Shown here one piece after another: positions 39,519 through 53,991 of a stretch of 64,000 nt of DNA; within the stretch, counting starts at the first letter, position 1, and each line of letters opens with the position of its first letter. The position numbers and the translations under genes were made by a program. The stretch spans positions 69,269 to 133,268 of the forward strand of contig CAVVLJ010000023.1 of assembly GCA_963749075.1 (NCBI GenBank), in the 5' to 3' direction. Source of the stretch: an uncultured Pseudomonadota bacterium. Its GTDB lineage: Bacteria > Pseudomonadota > Alphaproteobacteria > JACZXZ01. The notes beneath the pieces are model-generated. The model searched no databases. It had not been told where the DNA came from and saw only the letters and a list, made by a program, of their open reading frames with translations.

Positions 39519-41280
39519 GGCTCGCCATCCAGCGCGCGCCGAGATAGGCCTCGACCACCGCCTCGTCGGCCGTCACCTCGCTCGGCCGGCCGGCGGCGAG
39601 CACGCGGCCGTGGTTGAGCACGACGAAGCGCTCCGCCAGGCGCACCATGGCCCGCATGGTATGCTCGATGATGACGACCGTGGTGCCGGAGGGCGGCAGC
39701 GAACGCACGACCGCGAGCATGTCCTCGACCTCGGCCGCACCCAGGCCCGCGAGCGGCTCGTCCATGAGGAGAAGGCGCGGCCGGCCGGCGAGTGCCCTCG
39801 CGAGCTCCATGAGGCGGAGCTCCTTGTTGCTGAGGCCGCCCGCCGCGGCGTAGGCGCGCGTCAAGAGGCCCACGCGCGCCAGCGCCTCCTCCGCGATGGC
39901 GCGCGCCGCCTTGTCGTCGGCCGCGCGCACGTAGGCGCCGACGACGACGTTCTGCAGCACGGTCATGCGCGCGAAGGCGCGCGCCACCTGGAAGGTGCGG
40001 CCGATGCCGAGCCGGCAGATGCGGTTGGGCTTGAGCCCCACGAGCGCGTGGCCGGCAAAGGCGATGCTACCGGCACTCGGCCTCAAGAAGCCGTTCAGGA
40101 GATTGAAGAGCGTCGTCTTCCCCGCACCGTTCGGCCCGATGATGCCGAGGATGCTGCCCTCCGCGACCTCGAAGCTCACCCGGTCGACGGCGCGCAGGCC
40201 CCCGAACGACTTCGAGAGATCGCCCACGGCGAGGAGTGCTGCTCCTAAAGGCGGGCGCTCGGCCTCGCGCGCCGGGGCAGCGCTCGGCGCCAGTGCCTCG
40301 AAGCTCGGCGCCGCCGCGATGCGGCCGGCGCGGACGAGGCGGTCGCGCACGCGCCAATAGATGCCCTCGGGCGCCATCAGGATGACGAGGATGATGGCCA
40401 TGCCGTAGACGACGCCCTGGATGCCCGGCAGCACGTCGCCGAGATGCGCCTCGAGCGTCTCGCTCAAGGGGATCAGGATGACGGCGCCGATGACCGGCCC
40501 CCAGAGCGTGCCGGTGCCGCCGAAGAGCGTCACCACGAGCGCCTGCGCCGAGGTGAGCATGCCGAAGACGCTGTCGGGGGTCACCACGAGGAGGACCACG
40601 GCATAGAGCCCGCCCGCCGCGGCGGCGACGGCGCCCGAGAGCGTGATCGCCTTCATCTTCCAGGCGAGCGTGTCGATGCCCGCCGCCTCGGCCGCCGGCT
40701 CGTTCTGCTTGATCGCGAGGAGCGACATGCCGAAGCGCGAGCGCTCGACGGCGAGCGAGACGACGAGTGCCGCGGCCAGGAGGCCGAGCGCCAGCGCCAT
40801 ATAGACGTGGTAGCCGGTGAACTGCATGTAGAAGCCCGGCGCCTCGCGCTTCATCGGCAGCGCCACCTCCTGGTAGCCGAGCCACTCGAAGACGTAGAGG
40901 AGGGCGAGCGGATAGGCCAGCATGGCGAGGGCGAAGTAATGGCCGCGCAGGCGGAAGGTCGGGTAGCCGATGACGAGCCCCGCGGAAGCGCCCACGAGCA
41001 TGCCGAGCGGGATGCCGATCCAGGGCGTCAAATTGAAGCGCACGAGGAGGATGGTGACGGTGTAGGCGCCGAGGCCGAAGAAGGAGGCGTGGCCGAACGA
41101 GACGAGGCCGGTATAGCCGCTCAAAAGGTTCCACGAGAGGCCCATGACGGCCCAGATCGGCACCAGCGTCATCATGAGCTGGTAGTAGGAGTTCTCGACC
41201 GCGAGGCCGAGGGCGAGCCAGGCGAGCGACAGGGCAGCGATGGCCGCGAGCGCCGTGGCGGTGCGCGCGCGCCCGGCCAC
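39505..41280 (-). CDS. Fused LivM permease / LivG ATPase
   Basis: WNLLSGYTGLVSFGH, LRGHYFA; C-terminal GPNGAGKTT, DEPLAG. Confidence 0.92.
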
Positions 41281-41284
41281 GCGC

Positions 41285-42373
41285 TCAGATCCGCTCGGCG
41301 GCGCGGCCGAACAAGCCCTGCGGCCGCATGAGGACGACGAGGAGGAAGACCGCGAAGATCGCGGCGTTCTGCAGCTGGAGGGGCAGGACGAGCGTCGAGA
41401 GCTGCTGCACGATGCCGATGGTGAGGCCGCCCCAGAAGGCGCCGAGGATGCTGCCCATGCCGCCCATCACCACGCCGGCATACATGATGATGACGAAGTC
41501 GAGGCCGACGTAGGGCTGGAAGGGATGGTAGGTGGCGATGAGGCCGCCGGCGATCGCCGTGACGCCGGTGCCGATGCCGAAGGCGATGCGGTGCGCGCGG
41601 TCAACGTCGATGCCCATGTAGATGGCGGCGGTCGCGTTGTCGGCCGAGGCGCGCAGCGTCTTGCCGAGCCGCGTGCGGTTGACGAGGAGGTAGAGTGCCG
41701 CGGCGATGGCGATGGAGAGGACGCAGGCGACGGTGCTCGCCTTGTTGACGAAGACGGCGCGCGCGGCGTCGTAGAGGAGCGGCACCTCCCAGGCGCTGAG
41801 CGCCAAGGGCGTGCGCACCGAGTCGGGCGTCGAGCCGAAGAGGATGAGGGCGCCGTTCTCCAGCACGAGCGCCACGCCGAGGGTGAGGATGAGCTGGGCG
41901 GAATGGCCGTCGCCCTCGGCGCCGAGCGCCCGGGTGCCGGTCACGCGCGCGATGAGGAAGCGGTGCAGGAGATAGCCGCCCAGGAAGAGCACGGGTCCGG
42001 CGAGCAAGGCGCCCGCGAAAGGGGCCACCGAGGGCCCGAGGAAGGCGAGCGCCCCCAGCGCCGTCACCAGGTAGAAGGTGAAGTACATGCCCAGCATGAG
42101 GAAGTCGCCCTGGGCGAAATTGATCACCCGCATGACGCCGAAGATGAGCCCGAGGCCAACGCACATGAGGCCGTAGATGCAGCCGAGGAAGAGGCCGGCC
42201 ACGAGCGCCTGCAGAAAGCTCTCGATGAAGGCGCCGAGCGACACGACCGCCTCTCTCCTCCCCGACGTTCTCTCCGGCGCCGGAGCCGCCGGCAAGGCCG
42301 CGTCCTTGGCACCTGCGGCCGGCACAGCACCGTGCGGCCGCTTATTGGCTTTCGCCGCGAGAGGATGGGTCAT
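41285..42373 (-). CDS. Liv-type ABC permease (LivH-like)
   Basis: GLGLIFGVMRVINFAQG, VMGGMGS, RPQGLFG; true start may be downstream. Confidence 0.9.
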   Translation of the reverse strand: MTHPLAAKANKRPHGAVPAAGAKDAALPAAPAPERTSGRREAVVSLGAFIESFLQALVAGLFLGCIYGLMCVGLGLIFGVMRVINFAQGDFLMLGMYFTFYLVTALGALAFLGPSVAPFAGALLAGPVLFLGGYLLHRFLIARVTGTRALGAEGDGHSAQLILTLGVALVLENGALILFGSTPDSVRTPLALSAWEVPLLYDAARAVFVNKASTVACVLSIAIAAALYLLVNRTRLGKTLRASADNATAAIYMGIDVDRAHRIAFGIGTGVTAIAGGLIATYHPFQPYVGLDFVIIMYAGVVMGGMGSILGAFWGGLTIGIVQQLSTLVLPLQLQNAAIFAVFLLVVLMRPQGLFGRAAERI

Positions 42374-42623
42374 GAGCGGCCGTATTGTCCAGCCCGCTCG
42401 GCGGCAACCGCGATCCCGGGCGGCACACCGCGAGCCTCATGGCACCGGCCGCCGCTTGCCTTTGCCGGGCCGCACGCACATACTTCCGGCAGCGCCTCGG
42501 TGCATCGGGATTCAATCCGTCAGGTCAAGCCGTTAGCGAGGGGGCCGAGGGGTGCGTGCGGCGCCCGGCTTGAGCCGGCGGGGCAGGGCGGAGGGACGCG
42601 GCGACACGACCGGGCGGGGGGTC

Positions 42624-44612
<1,989 letters not shown>

Positions 44613-44623
44613 CGCTGCCGGCG

Positions 44624-44917
44624 ATGGGCGCGCCCGAGAAGGGGAAATGCGTGCGATTGCGCCTCGAGGGGCGCGTGCAGGGCGTGTGGTTCCGCGCCTG
44701 GGCCGCCGAGGAGGCGGTGCGCCGCGGCTTGCGCGGCTGGGTGCGCAACTTGCGCGACGGCAGCGTCGAGGCCCAGCTCTGCGGCCCGGGTGCTGAGGTC
44801 GACGCCATGATCGAGGCCTGCCGCCGCGGCCCGCCGCTCGCGCGCGTCGAGCGCCTCATCGCGGGTGCCGTCGAGGACGACGGCGAGCCGGGCTTCCGCC
44901 AATTGCCGACCGCGTGA
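44624..44917 (+). CDS. acyP: Acylphosphatase
   Basis: GRVQGVWFR, GWVRNLRDGSVE, GPPLARV. Confidence 0.92.
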   Translation: MGAPEKGKCVRLRLEGRVQGVWFRAWAAEEAVRRGLRGWVRNLRDGSVEAQLCGPGAEVDAMIEACRRGPPLARVERLIAGAVEDDGEPGFRQLPTA

Positions 44918-45006
44918 GCGCTGCGTTATTGTCGGTGCGGTCATGGCGGCGGGTCTCGGCGATGAAATCGAGGATCCGCCGCTGCGAACAGGAGATGTCG
45001 GATAAT

Positions 45007-45759
45007 ATGCAGCGCGTCAATCGGTGTTGCGCCACCTTGCTCGTAGCCTTGCTGTGCTGCGCCGCCGGAATGGCGGCGGCGGAGGAGCGCCTCGATCTGC
45101 CGACCCGGCCCGGCGTCACTCAGCCGGTCTATTTCACCGCGGCCGCGCCGCCGCGCCGCAGCGCCGTGTTGTTCATCGGCAGCGAGGGCGCCTTCAGCGG
45201 CTCCTGGCGCAACAATTTCCTCGCGCGCGTGGCCGGCCGCTTCGTGGCCCAGGGCGTCAGCGTCGCAATCCCGGGTGCGCCGTCCGATCGCTCAGGCGGT
45301 ATGTCGGACGGCTTCCGCGCCGGCAGCGAGCACGCCACCGATATCGCGGCCGTCATAGCGATGCTGCAGCAGCAGGCAGCAGTGCCGGTCTGGCTGGTCG
45401 GGACCAGCCGCGGCACGATTTCCGCCGCCGCCGTGGCCGCAAGGCTCGGTCCGCCGCGCGTGGCCGGGCTGGTGCTGACTTCGACGGTCTGGTCGAGTCT
45501 ACGCGGGGAAACGTCGCTCGAGGACGTGCGGGTGCCGACGCTCGTCGTGCACAATCACGACGACGGCTGCCGGGAGAGCCCGTTCAGCGCCGCGAGCGAT
45601 GGCGTCGCGGCATTGCAGCGAGCACCCGTCAAGGAGTTCATCGCGGTATCCGGCGGCAGCTCGCGCAGTGTTCCCTGCCAGGCACTGTCGCCGCACGGCT
45701 ATTTCGGCATCGAGGATCAGGTCGTACCGCCGATCATCGCCTGGATCCAGGCGCATTGA
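45007..45759 (+). CDS. Secreted alpha/beta hydrolase
   Basis: Signal peptide; WLVGTSRG nucleophile elbow, HNHDDGC, PHGYFG; start uncertain. Confidence 0.8.
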   Translation: MQRVNRCCATLLVALLCCAAGMAAAEERLDLPTRPGVTQPVYFTAAAPPRRSAVLFIGSEGAFSGSWRNNFLARVAGRFVAQGVSVAIPGAPSDRSGGMSDGFRAGSEHATDIAAVIAMLQQQAAVPVWLVGTSRGTISAAAVAARLGPPRVAGLVLTSTVWSSLRGETSLEDVRVPTLVVHNHDDGCRESPFSAASDGVAALQRAPVKEFIAVSGGSSRSVPCQALSPHGYFGIEDQVVPPIIAWIQAH

Positions 45760-45767
45760 GATCCGCG

Positions 45768-46028
45768 CTATTTGTCCGCCTTGTTCCGGCTCATGTCGCC
45801 TTCGATAAGGCAGAGGTAATAGGCGATCTGCCCAAGGTTCTGGTCGATGTCCGATAGTTGCGCGGAAAGCCGGTCGTTGCCGACGATCACCTGGGGATTG
45901 GGTGCCGCGCAGCTCTGCTCGAGCGCCGGGCGCAGCTGCGCTGCCGGCCTCGTCTGCGCGTCGCCCGCCGTGTAGAGCGCCGCCGAGGTGGCGGCGATCG
46001 TCAATGCCACGAGCGTCAGTCTCTCCAT
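45768..46028 (-). CDS. Small secreted hypothetical protein
   Basis: [28 protein letters not shown] signal, two Cys; overlaps the lipB stop. Confidence 0.6.
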   Translation of the reverse strand: MERLTLVALTIAATSAALYTAGDAQTRPAAQLRPALEQSCAAPNPQVIVGNDRLSAQLSDIDQNLGQIAYYLCLIEGDMSRNKADK

Positions 46029-46750
46029 GCTGGCCTCCCTTCTTTTTTGCCGGCTTTGCCGGCTGCCACGGCGCCCGTGGCCTCGAACACTTGGGCGAAG
46101 GTCTCGCCGAGGACGGCGTCGAGCTCCTCGGCCGAGACGCGCACGCCCAAATCCGCGAGCGAGGTGACGCCGAACTGCGGTGCTGCGATGCCGCAGGGCA
46201 CGATGGCGCGGAAATGGGCGAGCTCGGGATCGCGGTTGAGCGCGACGCCGTGCCAGGTGACCCAGCGGCTGACCCGCACGCCGAGGGCGGCGATCTTGTC
46301 CTCGCGGCCGCGGCCGCGCGCGACCCAGACGCCGACGCGCCCGGCCCGGCGCTCGCCCGTGATGCCGAGGCGGGCAAGGGTGCGGATCATCCACTCCTCG
46401 AGGCCCCACACGTAGCGGCGCACGTCGCCGCCGCGGCGCTTGAGATCGAGCATGACATAGGCGATGCGCTGGCCCGGGCCATGGTAGGTGAGCTGGCCGC
46501 CGCGCCCGCTCGGGTGGAGGGGGAAGGGTGCCTCGGCGGGGAGATGCTCGGACCGGGTGCTGGTGCCGGCCGTATAGAGGGAAGGATGCTCGAGGAGCCA
46601 GACGAGCTCGCTCGCCGAACCGGCGCCGATGGCCGCGACGCGCGCCGCCATGGCGGCGACCGCCGCCTCGTAGGCGACCGGCTCGCGCGAGATGCGCCAG
46701 GCGACGGCACCCGCAGCGTCCTCTCCCGGCACCGCCTCGCGTCCATCCAT
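46016..46750 (-). CDS. lipB: Lipoyl(octanoyl) transferase
   Basis: [41 protein letters not shown]. Confidence 0.95.
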   Translation of the reverse strand: MDGREAVPGEDAAGAVAWRISREPVAYEAAVAAMAARVAAIGAGSASELVWLLEHPSLYTAGTSTRSEHLPAEAPFPLHPSGRGGQLTYHGPGQRIAYVMLDLKRRGGDVRRYVWGLEEWMIRTLARLGITGERRAGRVGVWVARGRGREDKIAALGVRVSRWVTWHGVALNRDPELAHFRAIVPCGIAAPQFGVTSLADLGVRVSAEELDAVLGETFAQVFEATGAVAAGKAGKKEGRPAWRD

Positions 46751-46911
46751 CGCCCAGGTTTCCTCGTGCCGTGCCAAGGCCTTAGGGGCTGCGGCCCGCG
46801 TCCGGGTCCCGCCTCCTTGATCTCTCCTCCTCGATTTGCTATTCCCCCCCGGTGCGAAAGGCAAGCGCGCCTCGCCCGCTTCGGCGGGCGGCGGCGGGCC
46901 GGCGCCTCTAA

Positions 46912-46997
46912 GCGGTCGTGGCGGAATGGTAGACGCGCAGCGTTGAGGGCGCTGTGGGGGAAACCCCGTGGAAGTTCGAGTCTTCTCGACCGCACCA
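46912..46997 (+). tRNA. tRNA-Leu(GAG)
   Basis: GCGGTCG acceptor pairs with CGACCGC-ACCA; D loop GGAATGGTAGAC; anticodon stem CAGCG-TTGAGGG-CGCTG; long variable arm; GTTCGAG T loop. Confidence 0.96.
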
Positions 46998-47134
46998 ATG
47001 CTTGAGCCTGCTCCCGCCGCTCCTATAAGAGTTGCTCATCCTAAAGGCGCCAAGGCGCCCGCGCCCCGGCCCCCCGGTTTGCGCGGGAGCATAGGGAGCG
47101 GGGTGCCGCACGAGGGAACAGGCGGGGTAGCGAG

Positions 47135-49468
<2,334 letters not shown>

Positions 49469-49658
49469 GGGGACACGGAGAGGACCGGAATTAGCGTCGC
49501 TGCGGATCAATTCCTAGGTTCGTATCCGAGTGGTAACGATCCGTGATCGGTTCTCGGGCCTTTTCCGGAGACGCGGTTATGCGCCTCACCAAACTTAATG
49601 ACTGCTGCTGAGCGGCGCGCAGAAAATCCAGCGCTGTCCCAATTCGGGGCGGAGTGAC

Positions 49659-50186
49659 CTAATTTGAGAGAGGGTGGGCCTGATCTGCCAGCAGCTCCTC
49701 CACGCGAACCGCAGATAGCCGCCAAGCATCAGGGACACGTTCGGTGGTTCCAGCGCCGGCCGCCTTCGGGCCACGCGTGTGATTCTCGTAGAGGATGGTA
49801 TCGCCTCGTCCACCAGAGGCCTCTCGCAATCGGGCTGCTATTTCGCCAGGGGTCGCGAGGTAGATGCGCGGCATCTCATCAGGGGAGACGCCTCGGAATT
49901 GGACCAAGCAGATGACGGTGCGAGGCTTGTGGCGACTAAGCCAAGCATCTATCGCCCCGTGATAGTTGGCTTTTCCTGCCCTCCTCAGGTGGCTTTGAGT
50001 AAGCCCCCAGCTCCCGTCCTGGCTCCCCTTAACCGACACCTTCATCGTTCGGGTGCCGTCGGTAATCATCAGGTCATACTCAGGCTGGTTTGCCCCATAT
50101 TGCACCGAAACATCAAAGCCGAGGCGCGCAAACTGCGCCGCTGCAATTGCCTCGGCGGCGGTGGCGACATGCCAATTTGATTTCAT
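49659..50186 (-). CDS. Putative PD-(D/E)xK restriction-like endonuclease
   Basis: Helix AAEAIAAAQF, PEYDLMI, KVSVKGS (E...D...xxK arrangement). Confidence 0.65.
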   Translation of the reverse strand: MKSNWHVATAAEAIAAAQFARLGFDVSVQYGANQPEYDLMITDGTRTMKVSVKGSQDGSWGLTQSHLRRAGKANYHGAIDAWLSRHKPRTVICLVQFRGVSPDEMPRIYLATPGEIAARLREASGGRGDTILYENHTRGPKAAGAGTTERVPDAWRLSAVRVEELLADQAHPLSN

Positions 50187-50240
50187 TTTGTCGAGTGCTG
50201 GCCGAAATTGATGGGGTCCACATCCGTGCATGGGCATCTC

Positions 50241-52001
50241 TCACCGCCAGTGTAGGTCCGCAAGGAGCCGAGCAATTCCGTCGCTAATTTGCCTAAACCG
50301 TTCTTGCGATCCCCCGAAGAAACCATGCTGTAAGGCGCTCCAATTTGGGCCAAGGCGTTGAGCTTCTGCTATAAACTGAGAGAACGGCGCTTCTGCGCCT
50401 AATCTGTGTTGCTTCCATGCGAATCTGCCTAGTGGTCCCCATACTCGATCAGGCGGGTTACTCGCCCAGATGTTGCCAAAGGTTAAGGCAAGCATAATTT
50501 CAAATTGATCGAACAGCGGTTCATAGCTCTGCCCGAGGAAAAGCTGATCTTCCAGCAACGGCTGAAGTGTTTTAAATAAATGGTCGCTTCTAGGAGTATA
50601 TCGCTGCTCCATTCCCGGCATGCATTTAAAGTATTCGCCGTCATCGAGCTTATCAAAGGTGGCTAGAATGATTGGCTCGCTCTTGGCGCTTCTCCCGAGA
50701 CGTGACGCGTAAATGGAAGTAAGTAGGCACGTCCGGAGGGTATCGTATCGTCCTGCTGAGAGAGCGGAAATGCCAGCCGCGTACATGACGACCGACACGG
50801 GATACCAACCCAGTTGAATCCAAATTGTCAGACCGCTTTGCCCCTTTTCCACCTCAGCAAGCCGGTTAAATATTTTTTCGAGCAGCGTCAGCTGGTTAGG
50901 TTGCGCCCACTTCGCGAACAGGATTGCGGCCTGAGTTACATCGCTGACGGCATCTTCGTAGCGCTTAAGGCGGAGGGGGAATTCCTCGGTGATTTGGCCC
51001 GGCAAGACGGGCGCTTGAACGGGGAAATTGTCCGGGCCCAGCGCCTGGATGGTCTTCCTCAATTGGATTGATAGGAAATCGTCTAGGCGAATTTTGTCAT
51101 CGGGGTTCGCCAGAAGTCGCTTCACAGTCTCAATCGCGGAATCCTCAGATGGAAGCGGAGGCGCTGAATACGCGGGTGCCTCTACGAGGAGATCGCGCTC
51201 CGTTTCTGGTGTGTTCGCAAGGTCCTGAAGCGCCGACGTGTCGAAGACGAAATCACCGTCTCCGTCTATGAACCCGTAATGAGGTGTTTGGTGTGAATGG
51301 ACATCTTTGCTAACCTTTTCATAGACATAAGACATAATCCCGGTTGCCGTTATAATGCCCTCTGGCGCGCCAGCTACGCCTTCCATCGCATCCAATACGC
51401 GCGACGTAAAAATGGAATGACCGGGGCGAGTTCCGTCTCCGTCGGAAACTACTTCGTCAGCTTTGCCCGCGGTTAGCACCTGCCTCGAGTATCGTTGCAG
51501 CATATCCTTTAGAAAGCGCATCCTTCCTGCGGGATTAGCGTTCCGAGTGAACGCAAGGCCGCCGTAACAAGCGTCCATGAAAAAAAGGATGTGCTTGGCA
51601 GGAATTAACTCTGCATTTCTCGTGAGCTCGTCCCATCGAATGAGCGTAGACAGCTCGGCAGTCTTGCCATCAACTGGGACCAAAAAGCCCGCTTCACCGC
51701 GCTGCCCACTGACCGTGTGCCCGTGACCCGCGAAGAAAACCAGAATTCGATCATCGCGAGTTACGACTGATTTGTCTGCGTACCGCAGATACGCCCGCAA
51801 AATGCCATCGCGCGTCGCTTTGCGATCGAGCAGCAGTTCAACATTGTTCTTCGGGAATGCGAATCGGCTGACGATGAGATGTGCGACAGCTTTCGCGTCT
51901 TGACAGGCGTGAATCAAAGGGCTGGCGTGCTTGTATTTATCAATACCGATGATAAGTGCACGGCTGTTTGTATACAGGGGCTGATAGACGACATGCGCCA
52001 T
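50241..52001 (-). CDS. Caspase-family (peptidase C14) protein with large helical C-terminal domain
   Basis: ALIIGIDKY, FFAGHG (His), FFMDACYGG (Cys), HSIFT, QTP; then ~300-aa non-protease region. Confidence 0.9.
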   Translation of the reverse strand: MAHVVYQPLYTNSRALIIGIDKYKHASPLIHACQDAKAVAHLIVSRFAFPKNNVELLLDRKATRDGILRAYLRYADKSVVTRDDRILVFFAGHGHTVSGQRGEAGFLVPVDGKTAELSTLIRWDELTRNAELIPAKHILFFMDACYGGLAFTRNANPAGRMRFLKDMLQRYSRQVLTAGKADEVVSDGDGTRPGHSIFTSRVLDAMEGVAGAPEGIITATGIMSYVYEKVSKDVHSHQTPHYGFIDGDGDFVFDTSALQDLANTPETERDLLVEAPAYSAPPLPSEDSAIETVKRLLANPDDKIRLDDFLSIQLRKTIQALGPDNFPVQAPVLPGQITEEFPLRLKRYEDAVSDVTQAAILFAKWAQPNQLTLLEKIFNRLAEVEKGQSGLTIWIQLGWYPVSVVMYAAGISALSAGRYDTLRTCLLTSIYASRLGRSAKSEPIILATFDKLDDGEYFKCMPGMEQRYTPRSDHLFKTLQPLLEDQLFLGQSYEPLFDQFEIMLALTFGNIWASNPPDRVWGPLGRFAWKQHRLGAEAPFSQFIAEAQRLGPNWSALQHGFFGGSQERFRQISDGIARLLADLHWR

Positions 52002-52187
52002 GGTCCGAAGTATACGGTAGAATTACGCGGAATGCGAGCATCTCACAAGATCGGGCGGGGACATCGCCTGCGCGGTCTATGCGGGTGAACACGCGAGCAT
52101 TTATGGCTTACGCCGCCCGTCTTCGGCCAAGTAGCCCCATCCCCCACTCCTCCCCCGAGGAGAGTTTGCGCCATGAAAGTCAGGCCG

Positions 52188-52685
52188 CTAGGGCGGTGAT
52201 CGTGATTCAGCCGCTGCGCCGGGCGCGGGCGGCAGAGCGATGAGACTCTCCGTCAGTGGCAGAGCGGCGACCAGCAACGCCAGCATGGCGTCCGCCTCGG
52301 CGGCCGTAGGCGATGGGTCGGGGTCGTCGTAGCTTAGGCGGTTTCGCTGCTTATGAGCGTCCATCAACGTCTTATAAGAGCCGGCTATCTTGTTTTTGAG
52401 ATCGGTCACTTCAAGGAGAATTTGAAGCGCCGTCTGTCGGTGCCCTTCCGCTGCATCCGTGCGAACTGAGAAATGAGTCAGCATCGCGATGGCCAGCGAG
52501 TGAATTGCTTCATACGCAATGGTGAATCGGCTGTACGCGGAGATATCGCGGTTTTCCGCGTCCTTCTGCGACGCACGGGCTCGTTCGATGAATCGGCGGA
52601 TTTTATCCTCGTCCCGCTCAGCTTCCTTGAGCAGAGGCCGCGACAGCTTGAGGAGGTTTTCAATCTGTGGCGGCCGCCGGATCAT
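52188..52685 (-). CDS. HEPN-domain toxin-like protein
   Basis: RFTIAYEA, EGHR, KQRNRLSYD (R-x4-Y variant); overlaps the MNT gene. Confidence 0.7.
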   Translation of the reverse strand: MIRRPPQIENLLKLSRPLLKEAERDEDKIRRFIERARASQKDAENRDISAYSRFTIAYEAIHSLAIAMLTHFSVRTDAAEGHRQTALQILLEVTDLKNKIAGSYKTLMDAHKQRNRLSYDDPDPSPTAAEADAMLALLVAALPLTESLIALPPAPGAAAESRSPP

Positions 52686-53238
52686 TGCCGATCACCATCA
52701 ACCTTGGCGTAGATAGAATCCGTTGGACCACTCGGTCCGCAGATTTTCCTTCCCACTCTTGCGGCCCATAGAGGCTCACGTGGATCCTGCGCCCTAGGTC
52801 CTCCTCGGCTTGCTCGAGGGCGGAATTGAGCTCCAACAAACCAATCGGACCGACAACCAAAAGATCGATGTCGCTGTCTGCCCGATCCGTCGCAGTCACA
52901 ATCGATCCGAACAGGAACGCAAAATCGATTCGTTCAGCCAGGGGTTCGAGCGCCGCACGTATTCGTTCCAGCACGCCAAAAGACTTGATACAGATGGCCC
53001 GTAATTCGGCATAGAGCGGAAACCGGGGGTTCGCACGAATGCGAAGTTGATTCCCGACGCGCTGGCCGATTGCAGCCCCGGAAGCAAGCAACCTGCGGAG
53101 GGCATTTTGGTTTACTCCACGACCGGCGCCCCCGATCTTGATGAGCTCATTATAACTGTAGCTCCGCTCCGGATGGAGCAGCAGAGCGGCGAGCAGACGC
53201 TGCTGGCGTGGTGCAATCAGGAAATCTGCAAGGCTCAT
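52660..53238 (-). CDS. wHTH-fused minimal nucleotidyltransferase (MNT) antitoxin
   Basis: N-terminal HTH; AFLFGS-x10-DID motif (GSIVTATDRADSDIDLLVV). Confidence 0.88.
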   Translation of the reverse strand: MSLADFLIAPRQQRLLAALLLHPERSYSYNELIKIGGAGRGVNQNALRRLLASGAAIGQRVGNQLRIRANPRFPLYAELRAICIKSFGVLERIRAALEPLAERIDFAFLFGSIVTATDRADSDIDLLVVGPIGLLELNSALEQAEEDLGRRIHVSLYGPQEWEGKSADRVVQRILSTPRLMVIGNDPAAATD

Positions 53239-53249
53239 ACGTTAACTCC

Positions 53250-53333
53250 GGACCATTTCTAGGTCTAATTGGACCGTAAAGCGCCCTCACGCGAGAGACC
53301 ATGCTTAGGTCTTATAGGACCAATATACGGTCT
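53250..53333. promoter_or_regulatory. Array of RGACC-N7-GGTCT palindromic operators upstream of MNT
   Basis: Full dyads at 53250-53266, 53296-53312 and 53317-53333; half-degenerate copy at 53271-53287. Confidence 0.75.
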
Positions 53334-53526
53334 GAATCGTCAAATTCAAATGACTTTGAAACACCCATCGCGCGTCTCTGGTTGACCATGTGTCCGGTTG
53401 AACAAGTCCTGCTACCCCTCCGATACACCCGCCCCGCCTTGTTCCGACCGCAGTGGAGGGCTAGATATAGGACCTGACGCCTGCGAGGCCGGGGATCGGC
53501 GGGAGCCATGACGCGAACTCCTCAAC

Positions 53527-53991
53527 GTGACGCTCAACGGCCGGCCGAGGACCGACGCGGTGGCGGACAACCTGCTGCTGCTCGATTACGTGCGCGAGGT
53601 CGTCGGCCTCACGGGCACCAAGACGGGGTGCGACGGCGGCGAGTGCGGCGCCTGCACGGTGCTGCTCGACGATGTGCCGGCGCTCTCGTGTCTCACGCTC
53701 GCGGCCACTGTCGAGGGCCGCCGCCTCGACACGGTCGAGGGGTTGGGCACGGGCGGCCGGCTCTCCGCGGTGCAACGCGGCTTTCACGAGAAGCTCGGCG
53801 CCCAGTGCGGCTATTGCACGCCGGGCCTCATCATGGCGTCGGAGGGGCTCCTGCGCCGCAACCCGCGGCCGAGCGAGCCTGAGATCCGCGCCGGCCTCGG
53901 CAGCAACATCTGCCGCTGCACCGGCTATGTGAAGATCATCGAGGCGGTGAAGCACGCGGCAGCACTCCGCGCGCGCGGCGAGGCTCCTTGA
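53527..53991 (+). CDS. hcrC: 4-hydroxybenzoyl-CoA reductase gamma ([2Fe-2S]) subunit
   Basis: [35 protein letters not shown]; upstream ATG at 53508 is out of frame by one base. Confidence 0.85.
   Translation: MTLNGRPRTDAVADNLLLLDYVREVVGLTGTKTGCDGGECGACTVLLDDVPALSCLTLAATVEGRRLDTVEGLGTGGRLSAVQRGFHEKLGAQCGYCTPGLIMASEGLLRRNPRPSEPEIRAGLGSNICRCTGYVKIIEAVKHAAALRARGEAP

Noticed and set aside
46912-46997. tRNA-Leu as integration site for the nearby islands
   Set aside because: No integrase and no duplicated tRNA 3' end seen; maeB follows directly.
53250-53333. CRISPR-like mini array
   Set aside because: Units are 17-bp dyads with 4-8 bp gaps, there are no spacer-sized unique segments and no cas genes; an operator array fits better.
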